Shown piece by piece: positions 1-11,629 of a DNA stretch of 64,000 bases. Source of the stretch: an uncultured Bacteroidota bacterium (GTDB lineage: Bacteria; Bacteroidota; Ignavibacteria; UBA10030; UBA6906). The first letter of the stretch is position 1, and each line of letters opens with the position of its first letter. The stretch is taken from the NCBI GenBank assembly GCA_963700635.1, contig CAVOYH010000005.1, positions 96,001-160,000 on the forward strand. The letters are read 5' to 3'. The notes under the pieces are model-generated. The model saw nothing but the letters and a program-made list of their open reading frames with translations. It searched no databases and had not been told where the DNA came from. The translations under genes were made by a program, and so were the position numbers.

Positions 1-1359
1 TCGAAGGTGCTGATTGTTGCCGATGGTGCGTATCAACGCGGAAGGATCGTTCCGCTGAAAGGTATTGCCGACGAAGCACTCCAGCGCGCTGCGACAGTGG
101 AGAGTGTCCTGGTCGTCAAGCGCACCGGTGAAACGGTCAACATGGAGTCAGGCCGCGACATGTGGTACCATGAGCTGATGGCTCTGCCCATCGCCGGGTC
201 GCAGTGTCAGATGGAGGTTATGGACGCAGAGGATCCGCTGTTCATCCTGTATACCTCCGGCACCACCGGCAAACCCAAGGCGATTCTGCACACGCATGGC
301 GGGTATATGGTGGGGATCTACTCCACACTCAAATATGTGTTTGATATTCACGAGGAGGACCGGTACTGGTGTGCAGCCGACCCGGGATGGATCACGGGAC
401 ACAGCTACATCGTGTACGGGCCGTTGCTCAACGGGGCAACATCGTTTATGTACGAAGGTGCGCCCACCCATCCGTATCCCAACCGGTGGTGGCAGATGAT
501 CGAGAAGTATGGTATCAACATCCTCTACACGGCTCCGACAGCCATCCGCGGCCTTATGCGTTTCGGCGAAGCATGGCCCAACCGGCACGATCTTTCCTCA
601 CTCCGCATCCTGGGATCAGTCGGAGAACCGATCAATCCGGAAGCATGGAAGTGGTATCACCGCGTGATCGGGAAGGGTCGGTGCCCGGTAATGGACACGT
701 GGTGGCAGACGGAAACAGGCATGTTCATGATCACCCCGACCCCATCCGTCCCGCTGAAGCCGGGATCCGGAACACGGCCTTTTCCCGGCGTGCGCATGGA
801 TATCCTGAATGAAGAAGGGAGTCCGGTCGGGGCTAACGAGGAAGGATTCCTGGTGATCAAAACACCCTGGCCTGCGATGATGCGGACAGTCTACGGCGAT
901 CCTGAGCGTTACAAAGCCCAGTACTGGAGCAAGTTCCCCGGGGTGTACCTGACAGGTGACTCCGCGCGAAGGGACGAGGACGGGTACTACTGGGTTATCG
1001 GCCGGGTGGACGATGTTCTGAAGGTGTCAGGGTATCGTCTCGGTACGGCAGAGATTGAAAGCGCCCTGGTCAGTCATCAGGCCGTCGCAGAGGCGGCGGC
1101 AATCGGTCTTCCCCATGATGTGAAAGGCAATGCCATCCACACATATGTGATTTTGAAAGCCGGCATCACGAAGAGCGACAAGCTGATCGAAGAACTTCGG
1201 GCCCATGTTGCGCACGAAATGGGGCCGATTGCCAAACCGGACAGCATACAATTCGTTGACTCTCTGCCAAAGACGAGGAGCGGCAAGATTATGCGGCGTG
1301 TGCTGAAAGCGCGTGCGCTCGGTCAGGAACCCAAGGACATCACAACTCTTGAGGAGTGA
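1..1359 (+). CDS. acs: acetyl-CoA synthetase (5'-truncated by the window edge)
   Basis: [13 protein letters not shown]-binding loop, [15 protein letters not shown] and [12 protein letters not shown] motifs; frame is open from base 1. Confidence 0.95.
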   Translation, partial: SKVLIVADGAYQRGRIVPLKGIADEALQRAATVESVLVVKRTGETVNMESGRDMWYHELMALPIAGSQCQMEVMDAEDPLFILYTSGTTGKPKAILHTHGGYMVGIYSTLKYVFDIHEEDRYWCAADPGWITGHSYIVYGPLLNGATSFMYEGAPTHPYPNRWWQMIEKYGINILYTAPTAIRGLMRFGEAWPNRHDLSSLRILGSVGEPINPEAWKWYHRVIGKGRCPVMDTWWQTETGMFMITPTPSVPLKPGSGTRPFPGVRMDILNEEGSPVGANEEGFLVIKTPWPAMMRTVYGDPERYKAQYWSKFPGVYLTGDSARRDEDGYYWVIGRVDDVLKVSGYRLGTAEIESALVSHQAVAEAAAIGLPHDVKGNAIHTYVILKAGITKSDKLIEELRAHVAHEMGPIAKPDSIQFVDSLPKTRSGKIMRRVLKARALGQEPKDITTLEE

Positions 1360-1413
1360 TCCTGAGCAGCCGCGGCTTCTTTTTCAATCCCTAAATGCGT
1401 ATATTATCTGCCT

Positions 1414-2244
1414 ATGTCTGTCATTTTCATAGTCGATCTGCTCCGCCTTCTGCTTCCGCCCCTGTATGCGGTTCTTGTGGTGGTGTACGGTATCTCGTTT
1501 TTTAGAAGTGCGCCGCGGCTGGAAAGAACAAAACACCCGGCACTTATTCTCGTTATCGTGCTCCATCTGACGTACCTCGGAGCCCGCACCGTTGCATTTG
1601 ACCACCCCCCGATCACGTCGGTGTTCGAAATCCTTACGCTGCTGGCGGCGGCCACGGCGGTGGCGTATCTCTACCTCGAATTCCGCACCCACATACAGAA
1701 TACCGGGCTGTTTATCCTTTCCCTTACGCTTGTCTTTCAGACGGTGTCGTCCCTTTTTATCAAGGACCTTCTGGTCATTCCTGATTATCTCCACAGTCTG
1801 GTCCTGGGGTTTCACGTTTCTACAGCGCTTCTGGGATACACCGCGCTTTCGCTTTCGGCCGTCTATGGCTTGCTGTACCTCATGCTGTATCATGAAATCA
1901 AATCGAACCGCTTCGGCGTTGTCTACAGCCGGCTGCCAAATCTGGAAATGCTCGAATCGATGAGTCACCGGGCTGAAGCGTTCGGCTTTGTCATGCTCAC
2001 CGTTGCAATTCTCATCGGCGTGGTGTGGCTTCCGGTGGTCTTCACGGACATCTCCTACCTTGATCCCAAGCTGATAGGGACAATCGCCATCTGGTGCTTG
2101 TATGCACTTGCCCTGATCGCGAAGCGCAAGGGGGGGTGGCAGGGACGCAAAACGATGATTGTTTCCCTCGTTGGATTTGCCTTCGTGTTTCTCTCGATGA
2201 TGGTCATCAATTTATACCTCAGCAGTTTTCACACTTTCCACTAG
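1414..2244 (+). CDS. cytochrome c assembly protein family (CcsA/HemX-like) membrane protein
   Basis: About 8 TM helices, a conserved His (GFHVS), LPNLEMLE and LDPK..W..Y motifs; lies immediately upstream of hemA. Confidence 0.8.
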   Translation: MSVIFIVDLLRLLLPPLYAVLVVVYGISFFRSAPRLERTKHPALILVIVLHLTYLGARTVAFDHPPITSVFEILTLLAAATAVAYLYLEFRTHIQNTGLFILSLTLVFQTVSSLFIKDLLVIPDYLHSLVLGFHVSTALLGYTALSLSAVYGLLYLMLYHEIKSNRFGVVYSRLPNLEMLESMSHRAEAFGFVMLTVAILIGVVWLPVVFTDISYLDPKLIGTIAIWCLYALALIAKRKGGWQGRKTMIVSLVGFAFVFLSMMVINLYLSSFHTFH

Positions 2245-2262
2245 TCGGGTAGTGCGGCCAGG

Positions 2263-3546
2263 ATGAATCTTTTTTCAATCGGAATCAGTCACCATACGGC
2301 GTCGGTCGACATCCGCGAAAAAATGTGGCTTTCGGCGGATGAGATGCCGCCTGTGCTGGCGCTGCTGAAGAACCGGTTCTTCAGCGAGTGTATGCTGGTC
2401 TCGACCTGTAATCGCACGGAGTTGTACGGTATTCTGTCCGACCCGGCGATCCCGGAACGTGAAATCCTTGCGGCACTTCTGGAGACAAAACATGCCGGCG
2501 GGGATGTCCATCCCGAACACTTCCTCGCCCGCCACGCCGGTGCGGCCATCCACCATCTGTTCAGAGTGTCCGCCGGGATCGATTCCATGGTCATCGGCGA
2601 CATCCAGATCCTGAATCAGGTAAAAGAAGGATTCCAGACCGCGCGTGCCGCGGGCAGCCTTGGCCCCGTCATGAATCGTGTCATGCAGGCAAGCCTCCAC
2701 GTCGGCAAACGTGTACGCTCGGAGACGTCGATATGCGAGGGCGCTGTATCCGTCAGTTATGCCGCGGTGGAACTGGCCACCAAAATCTTCGCGGACCTAT
2801 CACGCAAATCCGCCCTGCTGATCGGGGCAGGTGAAACAGGCGAGCTCACGCTGAAGCACCTGGTGGGAAAGGGTATCGGGAAGGTGCGGGTCGCAAACCG
2901 CACCCGCGCCCGCGCGGAAGCCCTGGTCGCCGATCTGGGCGGAGAAGTGATCGATTACGAGCTGATGGCCGACGCGCTGCGCGACGCCGATATCGTCATT
3001 ACATCGGTCAACAGTCCGTCGTACGTTGTGCAGCCGGACGACGTGCAGAAGGTCATGCGCCAGCGGGGCAACAACCCGCTCTTCATAATCGATATCGGCG
3101 TTCCGCGTAATGTAAACCCTGCCGCGCGGAAGATGGAGAATGTGTTCCTCTATGATATTGATTCTCTGAGTGCAATTGTGGACCACAATCTTGTAAAACG
3201 TGCTTCGGCCATGCCCGCAGTGACAAGGATTATTCGCGAGGAGATGGTCGAGTTTTTCCGGTGGCACAAATCACTCGGCGTTGCCCCGACCATCCAGGAC
3301 TTCCGCGCCACCCTGGAACTGATCCGGCACGACGAAGTGCAGAAGCACATCAACCGGTTTGCCGCAGAGGACCGGGAATTGGTGGATCTCGTGACACGCC
3401 GCATCGTGAACAAAATACTTCACCAGCCGCTTACAACACTCAAGCAGGGGGCAGAAAACGGCAGTGGAGAAGCAGAAACTACTCTTCGTATAAAAGTCCT
3501 CCGGGAACTTTTCGGGTTGACACAGAGCGGGCGACATGGCGACTGA
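2263..3546 (+). CDS. hemA: glutamyl-tRNA reductase
   Basis: STCNRTE catalytic motif, [26 protein letters not shown] Rossmann motif, DIGVPRNV. Confidence 0.97.
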   Translation: MNLFSIGISHHTASVDIREKMWLSADEMPPVLALLKNRFFSECMLVSTCNRTELYGILSDPAIPEREILAALLETKHAGGDVHPEHFLARHAGAAIHHLFRVSAGIDSMVIGDIQILNQVKEGFQTARAAGSLGPVMNRVMQASLHVGKRVRSETSICEGAVSVSYAAVELATKIFADLSRKSALLIGAGETGELTLKHLVGKGIGKVRVANRTRARAEALVADLGGEVIDYELMADALRDADIVITSVNSPSYVVQPDDVQKVMRQRGNNPLFIIDIGVPRNVNPAARKMENVFLYDIDSLSAIVDHNLVKRASAMPAVTRIIREEMVEFFRWHKSLGVAPTIQDFRATLELIRHDEVQKHINRFAAEDRELVDLVTRRIVNKILHQPLTTLKQGAENGSGEAETTLRIKVLRELFGLTQSGRHGD

Positions 3547-4511
3547 CACGATCCGTATCGGCAGTCGCGGAAGCGAACTCGCTCTCTGGCAGGCCCACTG
3601 GGTGAGAGACCGCCTTGCGCAACTCTTTCCCTCGAAGACCATAGCCATTATCATCATCAAGACCAAAGGGGACAGAATCCTCGATGCGCCGTTGTCACGC
3701 ATCGGCGACAAGGGGCTGTTTACCCGCGAGATCGAACACGCTCTGCTGGAAGAGTCCATCGACCTGGCAGTGCACAGTCTCAAAGATCTGCCTACCACCC
3801 TGCCGGACGGACTCATGCTGGGCGCCGTCACGGAGCGCGAGGATGTCCGGGATGTTTTCCTGCCCAGACCCGGCAATCCGGTCAAGATCCTTTTTCCACC
3901 AGCCGCCGGGTGCCCGGATTGCAACGGGCAGCCTGCGGAGAAAATGCCAGATCTTGCATGTCAGGCCCGACCTGGAGGTCGTTGATATCCGTGGCAACCT
4001 GAACACACGCTACAAGAAGTTGATGGAATCAGACTGGGCGGGCATGATGCTCGCACGCGCAGGCGTTCTCCGTCTGGGATGGGAAGAGCGTATCGGCGAA
4101 TCACTCGATCCGCACGTTTTCCTTCCTGCCGTCGGACAGGGCGCCCTTGGTGTTGAAATCAGGGCAGGTGATGAACGTACATCCTCTCTTGTGCGCCATC
4201 TACATCATCAGGCAACTGATCAGGCTACGACGGCCGAACGAGCCCTGCTCCGCACCCTCGAGGGCGGATGTCAGGTGCCCATCGGCACGTTCGGCCGGAT
4301 AACCACCGATGCCCGGGGGCCGTCTGTCCTCGTGCTCGATGCCATGGTTGGCTCCTTAAATGGTAAGCGGATTGTGCGTGGCACGATATCCGGGAATCCG
4401 GATCAGGCCGATGAACTTGGGCAGTCGCTGGCGAGGGAACTACTTCAAAAAGGTGCACGGGACATTCTCGATAGGATTCGTGCAGACGAACATGACACCC
4501 CTGCCTCTTGA
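3536..4511 (+). CDS. hemC: hydroxymethylbilane synthase, split by an apparent +1 frameshift near the T5 run at 3891-3895
   Basis: N-half ([29 protein letters not shown]) is in ORF 3536..3985. C-half ([23 protein letters not shown]) is in ORF 3684..4511. Removing one base fuses them. Confidence 0.9.
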
Positions 4512-5289
4512 AGGAAAAAGAGTGATCGTCACCCGGCCTGCGGAACAGGCAGGGGAGATGGCTGGAGCAATCAAGGATCTGGGTGGCATCCCCGTCGTGA
4601 TTCCGATGATCAGGATTCTCCCCGTTGAAGATCCATCACCGTGTGACCACGCGCTCCTCGCGTTGGAGACCATGGATGCCGTGGTCTTTACGAGCGCCAA
4701 TGCAGTCCGATATACCATGGACCGATCGGCGGAAATTGGCATCTCAAGCGCTCACTGGGACGGTAAAGAAATATATGTTGTGGGAAGCAAGACAGCGGAC
4801 GCGGCGAAGGGATATGGTCTGCCCGTCACGATGGTTCCGGGCGAATTTTCCGGCGCCGGGCTGGCGGCGGCCCTTTCCGGGCGTTCACTTCGTGACAAAC
4901 GTATCCTGCTTCCACGCGGGAACATCGGGAGGGATGAGGTGCTGCATGCCCTGACCGCGTCGGGATGTGACGTGGTGCCGGTGGTGGTCTACAGGACTGC
5001 AGGTCCCGGCGAAGAAAGCGCACGGATGATGCGTCAGGAGATTCTCAGCCACACCATGTCCGTTATCACCTTTACCAGTCCGTCGGCCGCACGTCATTTT
5101 GCCGGATTATTCACAGACGAAGAACTCCCGGCATTCCGTCCGCGCATGATTATCGCGGCAATCGGGGCCACAACACGGGAGGCAATTACGGCGTTGCAGT
5201 TGCCCGTTCACATTTGCGCCGACGAGGCAACCGCACCGGGACTCGTGACTTCGATTGTTTCGTACTTTCAATCTCAACATTTCCCCTGA
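4492..5289 (+). CDS. hemD: uroporphyrinogen-III synthase
   Basis: VTRP.EQA, FTSANAV, FTSPSA and AIG.TT motifs; ATG at 4492 overlaps the end of hemC. Confidence 0.93.
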   Translation: MTPLPLEGKRVIVTRPAEQAGEMAGAIKDLGGIPVVIPMIRILPVEDPSPCDHALLALETMDAVVFTSANAVRYTMDRSAEIGISSAHWDGKEIYVVGSKTADAAKGYGLPVTMVPGEFSGAGLAAALSGRSLRDKRILLPRGNIGRDEVLHALTASGCDVVPVVVYRTAGPGEESARMMRQEILSHTMSVITFTSPSAARHFAGLFTDEELPAFRPRMIIAAIGATTREAITALQLPVHICADEATAPGLVTSIVSYFQSQHFP

Positions 5290-5293
5290 TACC

Positions 5294-6349
5294 ATGCCCA
5301 ATTTTCTCAATGATCTCTTTCTCCGCGCCTGCCGGCGCCAGCATGTTGAACGGACGCCTGTCTGGATGATGCGCCAGGCCGGCAGATATTTGCCGGAGTA
5401 CCGCGCGGTGCGCGCAAAATCTGATTTTCTGACCATGGTGCGGACGCCTGAACTCGCAGCGGAGGTGACCATCCAGCCGGTGGATCTGGTGGGCGTTGAT
5501 GCAGCGATCATCTTCTCGGACATCCTTGTCATCCCTGAGGCGATGGGAATGCGCCTGGTCATGGAAGAGAGCAAGGGACCGCGGTTTCCCCAGCCGATCA
5601 GGACAAAAGAACAGATTGATGCCATTCCTCTGGTGGATCCGGAAAAACATCTGCGGTATGTCACGGATGCCATCAGTCTTACAAAGCGCCAGCTGGGGGG
5701 GCGGGTCCCCATTATTGGATTCGCGGGAGCGCCCTGGACCCTGGCTGCGTACATGGTTGAGGGTGGGGGAACAAAAAATTTCGGTGCGATCAAGAAGATG
5801 ATGCTCGACGAGCCCGAGAGCCTCCTTGCGTTGCTTGAAAAACTCTCTGTCTCTGTACGGTACTACCTCGAAGCACAGCTCGCCGCCGGCGCTGATGCGG
5901 TGCAGATCTTTGACAGCTGGGGAGGCATCCTCACCCCCGATCATTTCAGGAAGTTCTCTCTCGATTTTATGGCCGATATCGTTGCCAGGATGCGCCGGGA
6001 TGGCGCACCTGTCATCGTGTTCTCCAAAGGAGCGCACACCACCCTCCGCGATATTGCGGCCATCGGAGCGGATGTGGTTGGGGTGGACTGGACGGTTGAT
6101 CTCGCAGAAGCCCGTGAACAGGTTGGGGAGACCGTTGCGTTGCAGGGAAACCTCGATCCGGCGTATCTTTATGCAGCACCCGAAAAAATCAGGCACGAAG
6201 TCCTTTCCGTCCTCCGGAAGTATGGAAAAGGGCCGGGCCACGTTTTTAACCTCGGGCATGGCATCCTGCCTGATGTTCCCCCGGATAACGCCCGGGCGAT
6301 GGTAAAGGCCGTAAAAGACCAGAGCCCCGCATTTCATTCACGGGCCTGA
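5294..6349 (+). CDS. hemE: uroporphyrinogen decarboxylase
   Basis: PVWMMRQAGRYLPEY, AAIIFSDIL, LQGNLDP, FNLGHG. Confidence 0.97.
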   Translation: MPNFLNDLFLRACRRQHVERTPVWMMRQAGRYLPEYRAVRAKSDFLTMVRTPELAAEVTIQPVDLVGVDAAIIFSDILVIPEAMGMRLVMEESKGPRFPQPIRTKEQIDAIPLVDPEKHLRYVTDAISLTKRQLGGRVPIIGFAGAPWTLAAYMVEGGGTKNFGAIKKMMLDEPESLLALLEKLSVSVRYYLEAQLAAGADAVQIFDSWGGILTPDHFRKFSLDFMADIVARMRRDGAPVIVFSKGAHTTLRDIAAIGADVVGVDWTVDLAEAREQVGETVALQGNLDPAYLYAAPEKIRHEVLSVLRKYGKGPGHVFNLGHGILPDVPPDNARAMVKAVKDQSPAFHSRA

Positions 6350-6352
6350 CGG

Positions 6353-7330
6353 ATGAAAACGCCGCACCGATCTGCAGTTGTGCTGCTTCAACTCGGAGGC
6401 CCGGATTCTCTGGATGCAGTCGAGCCTTTCCTCTATAATCTGTTTTGTGATCCTGATATCATTGACCTGCCTTTTGCATTTCTCTTCCGGGTGCCGCTTG
6501 CACGCCTGATCTCGAGACGGCGCGCACCGCGTGTGCAGGAGTACTACCGGCGTATCGGCGGACGATCTCCGATCGCCCGGCTGACGCAACGGCAGGCCCT
6601 CGCGCTGGAACGCCGGCTTGCAGCGACACATGTGACCAGCGTGAAAGTGGCGATGCGGTACTGGCACCCGCTAACGGAAAAAACAGTGGCCGATCTGCAA
6701 AGGGAGGACGTCCGGCGCGTGGTGTTGTTGCCGCTCTATCCTCAATATTCTCGCAGTACAACGGGTTCCAGCGTGAACGAATGGCGGCGGGTCGCAGCCA
6801 GAAAGGGCTTTGCTCCCGAGCTCAGGCTGGTGGAGCAATACTGTGATCACCCGCTGTATATCCGTGCACTGGTGGAGCACATCCACATCGCCCTCCGGCG
6901 GGTTCCACCGGAGGACCGGAACAAAGTCCATATCGTCTTCAGTGCGCATGGCACACCGATGCAACTCGTCCGGAAAGGCGATCCCTATCAGGCGCAGGTT
7001 ATACGGACCCGCGATGCGGTGGTCCGCGCAGGAGACTTCGGTCTCCCGCACCATCTCTGCTATCAGAGCAAAGTCGGCCCGCAGAAATGGCTCGAGCCTT
7101 CACTCACGGACACGATTCATCGGCTGGCCACTGGCGGCACGTCCCATGTCCTTGTGGTTCCGCTGGCCTTCGTATCGGACCATAGCGAGACACTATGGGA
7201 AATCAACATGGAGGTCCGGAATGAAGCCAAAGCCCTCGGAATCCGTTACTTTGACATGACACCGGCTCTGCACACCAACACCGCGTTTATCGCGGCGCTG
7301 GCCGAGCTTGCGGCAGAACAATTACAATAA
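6353..7330 (+). CDS. hemH: ferrochelatase
   Basis: LGGP, MRYWHP, LPLYPQYS, FSAHG, YQSKVGP..WLEP, FVSDHSETL. Confidence 0.95.
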   Translation: MKTPHRSAVVLLQLGGPDSLDAVEPFLYNLFCDPDIIDLPFAFLFRVPLARLISRRRAPRVQEYYRRIGGRSPIARLTQRQALALERRLAATHVTSVKVAMRYWHPLTEKTVADLQREDVRRVVLLPLYPQYSRSTTGSSVNEWRRVAARKGFAPELRLVEQYCDHPLYIRALVEHIHIALRRVPPEDRNKVHIVFSAHGTPMQLVRKGDPYQAQVIRTRDAVVRAGDFGLPHHLCYQSKVGPQKWLEPSLTDTIHRLATGGTSHVLVVPLAFVSDHSETLWEINMEVRNEAKALGIRYFDMTPALHTNTAFIAALAELAAEQLQ

Positions 7331-7341
7331 CAGTATTTTCT

Positions 7342-8739
7342 ATGAGCACACCACATGCGGTGATTATCGGCGGCGGCATCTCCGGTCTGACCGCCGCGTT
7401 CTGGCTTCAGCGCGGGGGCGCGAAGGTTACGGTTCTTGAACGTGAGCGCGTTCCGGGCGGCACGATGCGAACCGTCTCGGACAACGGATGGCTTGTCGAG
7501 AACGGGCCCAACAGCGCGCTTGAAACGACTCCGGTCTTCGGAGAGATGTTCGATCTCCTGGGGATCACCGGGGAACGACTGTACGCCGACGCGGCGTCCA
7601 ACAGGCGTTACATTGTCCGGAACGGTGCGTTACACGCGATACCGATGTCAGCATCTGCCTTTCTCAAGACACGGCTCTGGTCCACCCGGGCAAAACTCCG
7701 TCTTCTGAAAGAACCGTTCATCGGTCGGGCGGCACACGAAGAGACGATTGCGGAGTTCGTGGAACGCCGGCTCGGGAGAGAATTTCTTGACTATGCAATT
7801 AATCCGTTTGTCGCCGGCGTGTACGCGGGCAATCCGGAGGAATTGAGCGTCCGGGAGGCGTTTCCGAAACTGTATGCGCTGGAAGAAACATATGGCGGCC
7901 TGATCAAAGGGATGATCGGCGGAGCACGGGAACGGAAACGGCGGGCCGAAGTTGCCAAGGACCGCGCACGGATGTTTTCGTTTGCCGCCGGCATGCAGAC
8001 GTTTCCCGATGCGCTGGCGCGGAATCCAGGGATGTCGGTACACTGCAACTGCGAGGTCACCGGGCTTGAAGTCGGAAAACACCGTGCCGGTGGTAGCCCT
8101 GGTTTCGTGGTGAAGTATTCAAACGCAGGCACATCCACGGTGCTGGATGCCGAGGCGGTCGTTCTCGCTGTTCCGGCGTATACAGCAGCCGGCTTGCTCG
8201 GGATCCACTCGCCTGTGCTGGCTTCACAGCTGCAGAATATTTATTATCCTCCCGTGGCGGAAGTGTTTCTTGGATACCGGATGGAACAATGTGCTCGTAC
8301 GCTGGACGGCTTCGGATACCTCATCCCGGCCGTTGAAAGACGGAGCATCCTGGGCACGATCTGGTCTTCCGCATTGTTTCCGGGGAGGGCGCCGGAAGGG
8401 CACATCGCCCTTACAACCTTTGTCGGTGGATCCCGCCAACCGGACCTTGTCGCACAGCCGGAGGATCAACTTCTCCATTCCGTGCGTTCGGAACTTGAGG
8501 CGCTTATGGGTGTACGCGGCGAACCGGTCTACGTGCGCGTCAACCGCTGGAAGAAAGCCATCCCGCAATACAATCTTGGCTATCATAATATTCTGGAAAC
8601 GATCGAGAACCTGGAGAAGACTCTGCCCGGACTGGCTATATGCAGCAACTACCGGGGAGGGATTGCGGTGGGGGATTGCGTGAAAAGCGGCAAAGCTACT
8701 GCGCTGCGACTCCTGGAAGTGGTGCGGACCGGCGGGTAA
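7342..8739 (+). CDS. hemY: HemY-type protoporphyrinogen/coproporphyrinogen oxidase
   Basis: GGGISGL FAD-binding motif, ENGPNS, GVYAG.P, GFGYL, AIPQY..G. Confidence 0.9.
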   Translation: MSTPHAVIIGGGISGLTAAFWLQRGGAKVTVLERERVPGGTMRTVSDNGWLVENGPNSALETTPVFGEMFDLLGITGERLYADAASNRRYIVRNGALHAIPMSASAFLKTRLWSTRAKLRLLKEPFIGRAAHEETIAEFVERRLGREFLDYAINPFVAGVYAGNPEELSVREAFPKLYALEETYGGLIKGMIGGARERKRRAEVAKDRARMFSFAAGMQTFPDALARNPGMSVHCNCEVTGLEVGKHRAGGSPGFVVKYSNAGTSTVLDAEAVVLAVPAYTAAGLLGIHSPVLASQLQNIYYPPVAEVFLGYRMEQCARTLDGFGYLIPAVERRSILGTIWSSALFPGRAPEGHIALTTFVGGSRQPDLVAQPEDQLLHSVRSELEALMGVRGEPVYVRVNRWKKAIPQYNLGYHNILETIENLEKTLPGLAICSNYRGGIAVGDCVKSGKATALRLLEVVRTGG

Positions 8740-8789
8740 CCTGTTATCCGGGAACCGGTCTTTCATGTTCTGCAATGGAGAATTATAGT

Positions 8790-9779
8790 ATGGACACTCT
8801 TGTCGGTGGATACCCTGTAACAAGACTGCGGCGCACGAGGATGAATCCGGTGGTACGTGCCATGGTTCGTGAAACTGAACTTACGCCGAACGATTTTATT
8901 TATCCGCTTTTTGTCGTCCCCGGGAAACAGATCAAAAAAGAAATTTCTTCCATGCCGGGGGTGTACCAGATGTCGGTGGATACAATTGTACGGGAATGCG
9001 CCGAGGTGTATGCCATGGGCATTCCGGCCGTGATATTTTTCGGCATTCCGGAACACAAGGATGAGGTTGGATCCGGTGCTTACGATGACAAGGGGATTAT
9101 CCAGCAGACGCTCCGTGTTGTGAAAAAAGAAGTGCCGGACCTTCTGCTGATTACGGACGTCTGTCTCTGCGAATATACGTCGCATGGCCATTGTGGCATC
9201 GTCCGCGGTGAGGAAATTGTCAATGATGCGTCGGTGGAGCTCCTTGCCAGAGAGGCCCTCAGCCACGCGAATGCGGGAGCGGATCTGATTGCGCCGTCCG
9301 ACATGTTCGACGGCCGGGTGGGTGCGATCCGGACGATACTGGATGCGAACGGGTTCCACAATATACCCATCATGTCCTATGCCGCGAAATATGCCTCCGG
9401 ATTTTACGGACCGTTCCGCGAGGCGGCCGAGAGCACACCCAAGTTCGGGGACAGGCGTTCCCATCAGATGGATCCTGCCAACAGTGACGAAGCACTGCGG
9501 GAGATCGCGCAGGACATCCAGGAAGGTGCCGACATCGTCATGGTGAAACCCGCTCTTTCCTATCTCGATGTCATCCATCGGGTAAAGGAACGATTTGCCA
9601 TGCCCACGGCAGCATACAATGTCAGCGGCGAGTACTCACTGATCAAGGCCGCATCAAAAATGGGATGGGTCGATGGCGAACGCGTCATGATGGAAGTGCT
9701 TACCAGTATCAAACGTGCAGGAGCTGATATGATCCTGACATATTTTGCCAAGGACGCAACGAAGGTTCTCAAACGATGA
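8790..9779 (+). CDS. hemB: porphobilinogen synthase (Zn-type, [11 protein letters not shown])
   Basis: [41 protein letters not shown]; GGAG upstream of ATG 8790. Confidence 0.97.
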   Translation: MDTLVGGYPVTRLRRTRMNPVVRAMVRETELTPNDFIYPLFVVPGKQIKKEISSMPGVYQMSVDTIVRECAEVYAMGIPAVIFFGIPEHKDEVGSGAYDDKGIIQQTLRVVKKEVPDLLLITDVCLCEYTSHGHCGIVRGEEIVNDASVELLAREALSHANAGADLIAPSDMFDGRVGAIRTILDANGFHNIPIMSYAAKYASGFYGPFREAAESTPKFGDRRSHQMDPANSDEALREIAQDIQEGADIVMVKPALSYLDVIHRVKERFAMPTAAYNVSGEYSLIKAASKMGWVDGERVMMEVLTSIKRAGADMILTYFAKDATKVLKR

Positions 9780-11077
9780 GTGTAACGACGACAAGAACAT
9801 CAGAGGCATTGTTCGAGAGAGCAAGGCAGGTCATCCCCGGCGGCGTCAATTCGCCCGTCCGGGCTTTTACATCGGTCGGCCGTAACCCGATCTTTATAAC
9901 CAGAGCATCGGGATCGGCGATCTGGGATGTGGACGGGAATGTGTATATCGATTATGTGGGATCGTGGGGGCCCATGATACTCGGACACGCCCACCCGCGT
10001 GTGATTGAAGCCATCCGGAAAGCGGCCATGGATGGAACAAGCTACGGCGCCCCGACGGAATATGAAATCCGGATGGCAGAACTCATCTGTAAAATCGTCC
10101 CGTCCATCCAGATGGTCCGGATGGTAAACTCCGGCACGGAAGCCACGATGAGTGCCGTCCGTCTGGCACGTGCGTTCACGGGTAGAGAAAAAATCATCAA
10201 GTTTGAAGGATGTTATCACGGCCATGCGGATGCATTCCTGATTAAAGCCGGATCCGGAGCGATGACGTTCGGTGTGCCGGACAGTCCGGGTGTGCCGGCA
10301 GGTGTGGCAGAAGGCACCCTCACGGCGACGTTCAACAACCTGAAATCGGTAGAGTCGCTTGTGGCACATCACAAGGGCGCCATTGCGGCTGTTATCGTTG
10401 AACCGGTTGTAGGAAATATGGGCTGCATCCCTCCTGATCCGGGTTTCCTGCAGGGATTGCGATCGCTCTGTACACGAGAGGGGATCCTGCTCATCTTTGA
10501 CGAAGTGATGACCGGATTCCGGCTGGCGCCTGGCGGAGCCCAGGAACTCTACGGGATAACACCGGACCTTACTACACTGGGGAAGATAATCGGGGGAGGG
10601 CTTCCTGTCGGCGCCTATGGAGGGCGCAGGGATATCATGGGCATGGTCGCACCCCAGGGACCAATGTATCAGGCAGGGACGCTGTCGGGAAATCCACTGG
10701 CGATGGTGGCGGGACTGGAGACGCTCACGGTGATGATGGAGGAACCAGGATTTTACAACCGGCTGAACGAAACTGCTTCCCGCCTGAGTTCAGAATTGCA
10801 GAAAGTGATTGATAAACTCTGGCTACCCGTGACGCAGAACCGCGTGGGATCAATGTTCACGCTCTTTTTTACAAAACACGCGGTGAGAGACTATGCTACA
10901 GCAGCGGCTTCTGACCGGGAGAAATTTGCGGTCTTTTTCAGGGAAATGCTTGTTCGGGGAATTGCCCTTGCACCGTCACAGTTTGAGGCGGGATTTGTGT
11001 CATTTGCTCATTCCGAAAAAGATATCGACCGGACCGTCGAGGCGGCGCGGGAGGCCCTGAAAGTGGTGTATTCCTAG
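9776..11077 (+). CDS. hemL: glutamate-1-semialdehyde 2,1-aminomutase
   Basis: [38 protein letters not shown]. Confidence 0.97.
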   Translation: MSVTTTRTSEALFERARQVIPGGVNSPVRAFTSVGRNPIFITRASGSAIWDVDGNVYIDYVGSWGPMILGHAHPRVIEAIRKAAMDGTSYGAPTEYEIRMAELICKIVPSIQMVRMVNSGTEATMSAVRLARAFTGREKIIKFEGCYHGHADAFLIKAGSGAMTFGVPDSPGVPAGVAEGTLTATFNNLKSVESLVAHHKGAIAAVIVEPVVGNMGCIPPDPGFLQGLRSLCTREGILLIFDEVMTGFRLAPGGAQELYGITPDLTTLGKIIGGGLPVGAYGGRRDIMGMVAPQGPMYQAGTLSGNPLAMVAGLETLTVMMEEPGFYNRLNETASRLSSELQKVIDKLWLPVTQNRVGSMFTLFFTKHAVRDYATAAASDREKFAVFFREMLVRGIALAPSQFEAGFVSFAHSEKDIDRTVEAAREALKVVYS

Positions 11078-11190
11078 GCGCGGTTGAGAGACATTGGAGA
11101 ATTCCTTACATTGGGCGTCGAATAGGAACGATTTTGGCCTATCTCGTGTTCATAACAGTACGCAGAGCAACGCGCTTTTTTTTGAACCAC

Positions 11191-11215
11191 AAACCGGACT
11201 GATTTAGTCGTATAT
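11191..11215 (+). promoter_or_regulatory. putative IscR/Rrf2-type operator (AAACCGGACTGATTTAGTCGTATAT)
   Basis: GACT-N5-AGTC dyad with AT-rich flanks directly upstream of the Rrf2 gene; resembles IscR type-1 sites. Confidence 0.6.
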
Positions 11216-11220
11216 ATCCT

Positions 11221-11625
11221 ATGGTCAGACTCTCCAAAAAAGTAGAATACGGGCTCATTGCCATCCGGCATATTGCAGCACATCCGGCTGGTGAGCTTGT
11301 GACGGCAAAGGAGATCTCTGACCGGTACGGGATCCCCTTTGATTTGCTGGCGAAAGTCCTTTCGCGTCTCAGCAAAGCAGGCCTGATAGTGTCACATCAG
11401 GGCGTACGGGGGGGGTATTCCCTCGCACTTGATCCTCGCACCGTGCAGGTTTCCGCAATCATCCATGCCATCGAAGGAACAACGCCGGTCATCGCCCAGT
11501 GTCTGTCCGGGGGACCCGACAGTTGTGATGTTTTTGATGTATGCACGATCAAATCGCCTCTCACCAAAGTGCAGGCAAATATTGAGCAGGCGTTTACAAG
11601 TATGACTCTCGCAGAAATAGTCTGA
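11221..11625 (+). CDS. Rrf2-family transcriptional regulator (IscR-like, three C-terminal Cys)
   Basis: LSKKVEYGL N-terminus, wHTH with G.RGGYSL, C-x7-C-x5-C-like Cys triad (QCLSGGPDSCDVFDVC); heads the Fe-S operon. Confidence 0.9.
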   Translation: MVRLSKKVEYGLIAIRHIAAHPAGELVTAKEISDRYGIPFDLLAKVLSRLSKAGLIVSHQGVRGGYSLALDPRTVQVSAIIHAIEGTTPVIAQCLSGGPDSCDVFDVCTIKSPLTKVQANIEQAFTSMTLAEIV

Positions 11626-11629
11626 GCAT

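Noticed and set aside
5186-6337. Long antisense ORFs, e.g. 5186..6337, 14596..15606, 19306..20211, 37010..38206, 42225..43187, 43184..44320
   Set aside because: Shadow frames opposite well-supported genes in GC-rich DNA, with no recognisable motifs
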